DNA from: Gammaproteobacteria bacterium
GTDB lineage: Bacteria > Pseudomonadota > Gammaproteobacteria > Eutrophobiales > Eutrophobiaceae
Direction: 5' to 3'
DNA length: 64,000 bases
NCBI GenBank assembly: GCA_016179185.1
Contig: JACORW010000053.1
Span: forward strand, 357 to 64,356
Shown piece after piece: positions 58,835 to 64,000 of this stretch. Below the pieces are notes generated by a model, which worked only from the letters and a program-made list of their open reading frames with translations, had not been told where the DNA came from and did no database searches. Each line of letters opens with the position of its first letter. The first letter of the stretch is position 1. A program made the translations under genes and the position numbers.

Positions 58835-59908
58835 TCAATCCCTGAGCATCCAGATCAGCACTCCAATCAGCATCACCGTCGGGGTGACCACGCCCAGCGG
58901 CGGCGCCAGGCCATAGACCATGCCCAGATTGCCGGACGCCTGATTGACGATGTGAAACAGCACGCCCGCCGCCGCGCCCTGGAACACGCGCTGGCCCACC
59001 GGCGCCGAACGCACATGCGCCCGCACCAGCGGTACCGCGAGCACGATCATGGCCAGGATGGAAAACGGCCGGACCAGCTTTACCCACAGGGCCTGTTCAT
59101 ATACTCGGCTGTCCTGGGAATTTTTCCTCAGGTACCCGATGTAGCGGGCCAGGCCGACGACGGTCAGGTACTGGGGCTCGATGATCACGAGGCTCAACAT
59201 GCGCGGATCCAGCAGCGAGTCCCAGGCCGCGCGTTTCAGGCTGCGCTGGGTGATGGTCTCTCCGTCAATGGTCGTCTGCTGGATCCCCTCCAGCAGCCAC
59301 CCGTCTGCCGTGTACCGGGCCTCCCGGGCGCGCGTGCTGGTGCGCAGGCGGCTGTCGCCGTCGAATTCATATATATAGATCTGCTCCACGCGCCGGCCCG
59401 GCAGGATCTTGCGGATGTTGATGTAGCTGTTGCCGTCGCGCGCCCAGAACCCGTACTTGGTCTTCAGCGTGATCTGCTGCGTCATCGCAATCGAGCGCAG
59501 ATGCTGCGCCTTTTCCTCAGCGAACGGCGCCACCAGCTCGCCGACGATGATCGCGAGCAGCACCAGCGGCAGGGCTGCTTCGACCAGCAGCCGGCCCAGC
59601 TCCGCCTGCGAAACGCCCGCGGTGCGGATCACCGCCAGTTCGCTGCCGTGCGCAAGAATGCCGAGCGTGGCCATGGAACCGATCATCGCGGCAATGGGAA
59701 ACAGCTCCGAGGCGAGGCGCGGCATGGTCAGCAGTACGTAAAAGGAAGCCTGAACCGGGCCGTAGTTTCCCTTGCCCGCATCCTCGAGTTGATCGATGAG
59801 CGAGAAGAACGAAAACAAAGCCAGCAGCACCGCCAGCGCCAGCAGCGTGGTCCAGAACAGCATGCCGGCGAAGTAGCGCCGGAACACGGACATGCCGACG
59901 TCCGCCAT
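58835..59908 (-). CDS. lptG: LPS export ABC permease LptG
   Basis: 357 aa: FRRYFAGMLFWTTLLALAVLLALFSFFSLIDQLED...SELAVIRTAGVS. Confidence 0.92.
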   Translation of the reverse strand: MADVGMSVFRRYFAGMLFWTTLLALAVLLALFSFFSLIDQLEDAGKGNYGPVQASFYVLLTMPRLASELFPIAAMIGSMATLGILAHGSELAVIRTAGVSQAELGRLLVEAALPLVLLAIIVGELVAPFAEEKAQHLRSIAMTQQITLKTKYGFWARDGNSYINIRKILPGRRVEQIYIYEFDGDSRLRTSTRAREARYTADGWLLEGIQQTTIDGETITQRSLKRAAWDSLLDPRMLSLVIIEPQYLTVVGLARYIGYLRKNSQDSRVYEQALWVKLVRPFSILAMIVLAVPLVRAHVRSAPVGQRVFQGAAAGVLFHIVNQASGNLGMVYGLAPPLGVVTPTVMLIGVLIWMLRD

Positions 59909-59909
59909 G

Positions 59910-60992
59910 TCAATGTGCCCGGCGCAGGCGCCGGCGCAGATCCGGCAGGTACAGGATCAGCAGCAGCGCGGAGATCAGCAGGGCGTGCACCCACCATAAC
60001 CCGATGAAACCGGAGATCTGATCGCGTTTGAACAGCGTCTTCGAGATGCCGAGCAGGTTGCTGTAAATGAAGTAGATCGCCACCGCGACGAACACCGGCG
60101 TGTAACGGTGCTCATTGAACGCGAACCGGTTCATCGCGACGCCCAGGAGCGGCAGCAGCAACGCCGCGATGATCGCGGACAGCCGCCATTGCAGTTCGGC
60201 ATGATGCGCCGGCGTCGCCTGGCGCAGCAGTTGCAGCGTCGGGATCGCCTCCAGCTCATCGGGGACCGGCCCCGCCGTGCCCTGCTGCAACAGGACGGCG
60301 TAGGTCTGGTACTCGGTGATCTGGTAATCGAGCGCCCCCGGCTGGCCCAGGTAGCGGCGGCCGTCTTCAAACACCACGTAGCGGCTGCCGGTGCGGGCCT
60401 CGGTCCGGTAGTGCGCCCGATCCGAGGTCAGCACGCCGAGATGGGCCCGCTCCCGCACCTGCAGGAACACGTCTTCCATGATCTCGCGGCCCCTGGCCGC
60501 GCGTTCGACATACACGATGCGATCGCCCTTGCTGAATTCCCGGAACTGTCCCGGCGCGATGCCGGTCACGTCCGACTCGACCTCGGCCCGATCGCGGAGT
60601 TCCTGCACCTCGCGCTCGGCCCACGGCGCGACGAAAAAACTCACCAGCAGGACCGGCAATGCATACAGTGCCGCGACGCGCGCCACGGTCGCCATCTGGA
60701 AACCGGAGGAAAGACCGGCGACCGCGATCATCACCAGCTCCCGGTCCCGCGCCATGCGCGACATGGCCAGTATGACCGCGAGGAAAATGCTGATGGGCAG
60801 GATCTTGGGCAGCATCGCGAGCAGTTTCATCGCCAGCATGCTCAGGATGAGCCCGGCCGGCAGCTTGCCGGCCGCCGCTTCCGCCAGATAGTCCACGAAC
60901 CGGTTGCTCGCGAGCACGAGCAGCAGGACGCCCAGGACCCAGCCGGACTTTTCCAGGATCTCCCGATGAATGTGACGTTCGAGTATCATCAT
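59910..60992 (-). CDS. lptF: LPS export ABC permease LptF
   Basis: 360 aa: MMILERHIHREILEKS...RDRELVMIAVAGLS. Divergent from pepA as in E. coli and Pseudomonas. Confidence 0.92.
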   Translation of the reverse strand: MMILERHIHREILEKSGWVLGVLLLVLASNRFVDYLAEAAAGKLPAGLILSMLAMKLLAMLPKILPISIFLAVILAMSRMARDRELVMIAVAGLSSGFQMATVARVAALYALPVLLVSFFVAPWAEREVQELRDRAEVESDVTGIAPGQFREFSKGDRIVYVERAARGREIMEDVFLQVRERAHLGVLTSDRAHYRTEARTGSRYVVFEDGRRYLGQPGALDYQITEYQTYAVLLQQGTAGPVPDELEAIPTLQLLRQATPAHHAELQWRLSAIIAALLLPLLGVAMNRFAFNEHRYTPVFVAVAIYFIYSNLLGISKTLFKRDQISGFIGLWWVHALLISALLLILYLPDLRRRLRRAH

Positions 60993-61001
60993 TTATATTC
61001 T

Positions 61002-62498
61002 ATGGACTTCAGCATAAAAAGCGGAAACCCGGAAAAGCAGCGCAGCGCCTGCCTGATCGTCGGCGTCACCGAAACGCGCAAGCTGACTCCGTCCGCCCGG
61101 GCCGTGGACGACAGCAGCGGCAAGCACCTTTCCAACGTGCTGCGGCGCGGCGACATGGACGGCAAGATCGGCCAGTCGCTGCTGCTGCACGGCGTCCCCG
61201 GGACGCTGGCGGATCGCGTCCTGCTCATCGGCTGCGGGCGCGAGCGCGACATCAACGAGCGCCAGTATCGCACCATCACCGAGAATGCCATGCGCGCGGT
61301 TTCGGCCACCGGCGCGGGGGATGCGGTCAGCTACCTGCCGGATCTCAACGTCAAGGGGCGCGATCATTACTGGAAACTGCGCCAGGCGCTGGAGATCGCA
61401 AGCCATGTCGGCTACGAGTTCCGCGAATTCAAGAGCCGCAAGAAAGGCGCCGGGCGATCGCTGAAGCGCCTGACGCTGATGGTGCCGTCGCGGCGCGAAC
61501 TGCCGGTGGGCGAACAGGCGATGCGCGACGGACTGGCCATCAGCCGTGCGGTCAAGTTGACGCGCGATCTGGCAAATCGCCCCGCCAACGTGTGCACGCC
61601 AACGCATCTCGCCGGTCACGCGCAAACGCTCGCGCGCACCCATCGCAACCTGCGCTGCAAGGTGCTGGATCGTCCGGCCATCGAAAAACTCGGCATGCAT
61701 TCCTTTCTGTCCGTGGCGCAGGGCAGCCAGGAACCGCCGAAGCTGATCGTGCTCGAATATCGCGGCGGCAGGAAGGGCGCGAAACCCATCCTGCTGGTGG
61801 GCAAGGGCGTCACCTTCGACAGCGGCGGCATTTCCATCAAGCCGGCGCAGGCCATGGACGAGATGAAGTTCGACATGTGCGGCGCCGCTGCGGTGCTCGG
61901 AGCCATCGCCGCCGCCGCCGACCTGCGCCTGCCGCTGGATGTGGTCGGCGTCATTCCGGCCACCGAGAACATGCCCGGCGGCCGCGCCACCAAACCCGGC
62001 GACATCTTCACCAGCATGTCCGGCCAGACCGTCGAGGTGCTGAACACCGATGCCGAAGGGCGGCTCATCCTGTGCGATGCGCTGACTTATGCGGAGCGGT
62101 TCAATCCTGCCGCCGTCATTGACATCGCCACGCTCACCGGCGCGTGCGTCGTGGCGCTCGGGCACCACGCCACCGGGCTGCTTGCGAATCACGCCCCGCT
62201 CGCGCGCAGTCTGCTGGACGCGGGCGAGAACAGCGCGGATCGGGCCTGGCAACTGCCGTTGTGGGAGGAGTATCAAAAACAGCTCGACAGCCCGTTCGCG
62301 GACATTGCCAATGTGGGGGGCCGGGACGCCGGGACCATTACCGCGGCGTGTTTTCTGTCCCGCTTCGCCGAAAAATACCACTGGGCGCACCTGGACATCG
62401 CCGGCACCGCGTGGACCACCGGCAAAAACAAGGGCGCCACCGGCCGCCCGGTTCCCCTGCTCGTGCAGTACCTTATTGATCAGTGCGCCGCCAGGTGA
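61002..62498 (+). CDS. pepA: Leucyl aminopeptidase (M17)
   Basis: From ATG 61002: MDFSIKSGNPEKQRSACLIVGV aligns residue-for-residue with the E. coli PepA N-terminus. Also VGKGVTFDSGGISIKP and NTDAEGRLILCDALTY. Confidence 0.97.
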   Translation: MDFSIKSGNPEKQRSACLIVGVTETRKLTPSARAVDDSSGKHLSNVLRRGDMDGKIGQSLLLHGVPGTLADRVLLIGCGRERDINERQYRTITENAMRAVSATGAGDAVSYLPDLNVKGRDHYWKLRQALEIASHVGYEFREFKSRKKGAGRSLKRLTLMVPSRRELPVGEQAMRDGLAISRAVKLTRDLANRPANVCTPTHLAGHAQTLARTHRNLRCKVLDRPAIEKLGMHSFLSVAQGSQEPPKLIVLEYRGGRKGAKPILLVGKGVTFDSGGISIKPAQAMDEMKFDMCGAAAVLGAIAAAADLRLPLDVVGVIPATENMPGGRATKPGDIFTSMSGQTVEVLNTDAEGRLILCDALTYAERFNPAAVIDIATLTGACVVALGHHATGLLANHAPLARSLLDAGENSADRAWQLPLWEEYQKQLDSPFADIANVGGRDAGTITAACFLSRFAEKYHWAHLDIAGTAWTTGKNKGATGRPVPLLVQYLIDQCAAR

Positions 62499-62510
62499 AG
62501 CGAAGAGCCG

Positions 62511-62629
62511 AAAGTTCAAAGTGAAAAGTTGAAAGTAAAACAACGGAACTGGAAAAGGAGGCACGGCAGTCCGATTGAACCGCGGTTCCGTGGTCTTTAC
62601 TTTTCACTTTTAACTTTTCACTTTTAACT
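62511..62629. repeat. Long imperfect hairpin with heptanucleotide-array arms (AAAGTNN / TTTNACT)
   Basis: AAAGTTC AAAGTGA AAAGTTG AAAGTAA (62511-62538) and CTTTACT TTTCACT TTTAACT TTTCACT TTTAACT (62595-62629). An inner helix pairs ACGGAAC with GTTCCGT. It fills the pepA-holC spacer. Confidence 0.8.
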
Positions 62630-62638
62630 GCCTTCAAA

Positions 62639-63079
62639 ATGCCCCGCGTTGACTTCCATGTACTCTCCGCATCGGAGTCGCCGTTGCGCTTCGCCTGCGA
62701 CATGGCGGCGCGCGTCCGCGAAGAAGACATGATCCTGCACATCCATGCCGGCTCCCGTGAAGATGCGGTGGCGCTGGACAGCCTGCTGTGGACCTTTCGC
62801 GACATCAGTTTTCTGCCCCATGCGCTGGCCGATGACCGCGCCGCCGAGACCGTGCCCATCACCGTGGGCTGGCCGGGCGTGATGCCGCGGACAAAACAGG
62901 CGCTCATCAATCTGAGCGAAGACATACCGGAATTCGCTGGAGACTTTGAGCGCGTCATCGAACCGGTCCCGGCGGCGCCGGAGTTGCGCGATCAGTCCCG
63001 GCAGCGATTCCGCCGGTACCGCGAACAGGGCTGGGAACTGTTTACCCATGAACCGGAGCAGGATCATGGCGGACAGTAA
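62639..63079 (+). CDS. holC: DNA polymerase III chi subunit
   Basis: 146 aa: VDFHVLSASESPLRFACDMAARVREEDMILHIH...LDSLLWTFRDISFLPH. Located after pepA as in E. coli. Confidence 0.9.
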   Translation: MPRVDFHVLSASESPLRFACDMAARVREEDMILHIHAGSREDAVALDSLLWTFRDISFLPHALADDRAAETVPITVGWPGVMPRTKQALINLSEDIPEFAGDFERVIEPVPAAPELRDQSRQRFRRYREQGWELFTHEPEQDHGGQ

Positions 63080-63437
63080 GAAACAATCCCCTCCGGGCGC
63101 GCTGGATCAGCGCATTGATGAACTGGAATCCGTGCTTGCGGCCGCACAGCACGGCAAGACGGCGGTGGATGCCGCGGCCATCCCGATCCTCGATGACGAA
63201 GTCGTTGTGCCGGCAGTAACGCCTGAACCGGCAACCGAACCGGCTCCGGAACAGAAGCTGACGCCGCGGCAACTGGTGGAGCTGGGGCAACGGCTTCAGC
63301 AACGCGTGGACTCGGAACTGAACGAGCTGGCGGAGGTGATCCGCGGCATCGTCAAACGCTGCATCCTGGAAGAGCTGCGCAAGGAGCTGCCGCACGCGGG
63401 CAGCCCGACGACCGCGAAAAAACCGGATACGCCCTGA
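63066..63437 (+). CDS. Hypothetical protein (coiled-coil / Pro-Glu-rich)
   Basis: From ATG 63066 (GGAG 7 nt upstream; overlaps holC by 14 nt): [24 protein letters not shown]...[26 protein letters not shown] recognise no family. Confidence 0.5.
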   Translation: MADSKKQSPPGALDQRIDELESVLAAAQHGKTAVDAAAIPILDDEVVVPAVTPEPATEPAPEQKLTPRQLVELGQRLQQRVDSELNELAEVIRGIVKRCILEELRKELPHAGSPTTAKKPDTP

Positions 63438-63438
63438 C

Positions 63439-64000
63439 ATGGACAAGTCCTACAGTCCCGCCGGCATCGAATCCCGGTGGTACGACACCTGGGAGCAACG
63501 CGGGTATTTCGCGCCGGGCGGCGGTCATCAGGCCTATTGCATCGTGCTGCCGCCGCCAAACGTCACCGGCAGCCTGCACATGGGGCATGCCTTCCAGCAG
63601 ACGCTGATGGATGTCCTGATCCGCTATCACCGCATGCGCGGCGACGACACGCTGTGGCAATGCGGCACCGACCACGCCGGCATTGCCACGCAGATGGTGG
63701 TGGAGCGGCAACTGGAACAGCAGGGCAGAACCCGCGGGCAACTGGGCCGCGAGGCCTTCCTGCGCGAGGTCTGGCAATGGAAGGAGGCCTCCGGCAGCGC
63801 CATCACGCGCCAGTCGCGGCGACTCGGCACGTCCATGGACTGGACGCGGGAACGGTTCACGATGGACGCGGGACTGTCCGCCGCCGTGCAGGAGGTGTTC
63901 ATCCGCCTCCACGGGGACGGACTCATCTACCGCGGCACGCGGCTGGTGAACTGGGACCCGGTGCTGCACACCGCCGTGTCCGATCTGGAAGTGATATCGG
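63439..64000 (+). CDS. valS: Valyl-tRNA synthetase, N-terminal part (runs off the right edge)
   Basis: My translation from ATG 63439: [24 protein letters not shown]...[16 protein letters not shown] (HIGH motif)...[10 protein letters not shown]. Not in the ORF track because there is no stop codon within the window. Confidence 0.95.
   Translation, partial: MDKSYSPAGIESRWYDTWEQRGYFAPGGGHQAYCIVLPPPNVTGSLHMGHAFQQTLMDVLIRYHRMRGDDTLWQCGTDHAGIATQMVVERQLEQQGRTRGQLGREAFLREVWQWKEASGSAITRQSRRLGTSMDWTRERFTMDAGLSAAVQEVFIRLHGDGLIYRGTRLVNWDPVLHTAVSDLEVIS

Overview
High-GC chromosomal segment, by gene content and synteny a gammaproteobacterium with a Pseudomonas/Xanthomonas-like order. About 85% is ordinary core genome, mostly on the minus strand. 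In order: an M23 peptidase and a DUF721/DciA-like gene; a complete dcw cluster (lpxC-ftsZ-ftsA-ftsQ-ddl-murB-murC-murG-ftsW-murD-mraY-murF-murE-ftsI-ftsL-rsmH-mraZ) with a recognisable Pmra promoter and three GTGGG MraZ boxes; RNase P RNA; rsmI / lpoA-yraN-diaA-dolP; sspBA; petCBA; a DegS/AlgW-like protease; hisDG; murA-ibaG-mlaC; purN-pdxB; secFD-yajC-tgt-queA; tRNA-Leu(CAA). Next comes a ~2.9 kb lower-GC islet bounded by a repeat of the tRNA-Leu 3' end. It holds a truncated haemoglobin with a Tat-like signal, a 307-bp internally deleted IS3-family element with intact inverted repeats, small membrane ORFs, a tRNA-Glu 3'-half scar and an FRG-domain gene. After it: an AAA/DUF4143 ATPase, a prolyl oligopeptidase, a eukaryote-type UDP-glucose pyrophosphorylase, a two-domain PPK2, a CinA-like gene, panCB-folK-pcnB, tRNA-Glu(CUC), a secreted beta-helix protein, an RDD protein, lptGF / pepA-holC and the start of valS. 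I see no canonical defence operon, CRISPR array or prophage. The most unusual signals are non-coding: (1) intergenic arrays and hairpins built from tandem 7-nt units at five or more loci; (2) a 147-nt multi-hairpin element closed by a perfect 16-bp inverted repeat between rsmI and lpoA; (3) a 197-bp duplication/insertion in front of hisG that duplicates its start codon and creates a 66-codon upstream ORF ending in ATGA on the hisG start. All family assignments come from motifs I recognise in the translations; no database search was possible. The many long ORFs antisense to these genes are treated as high-GC artefacts.
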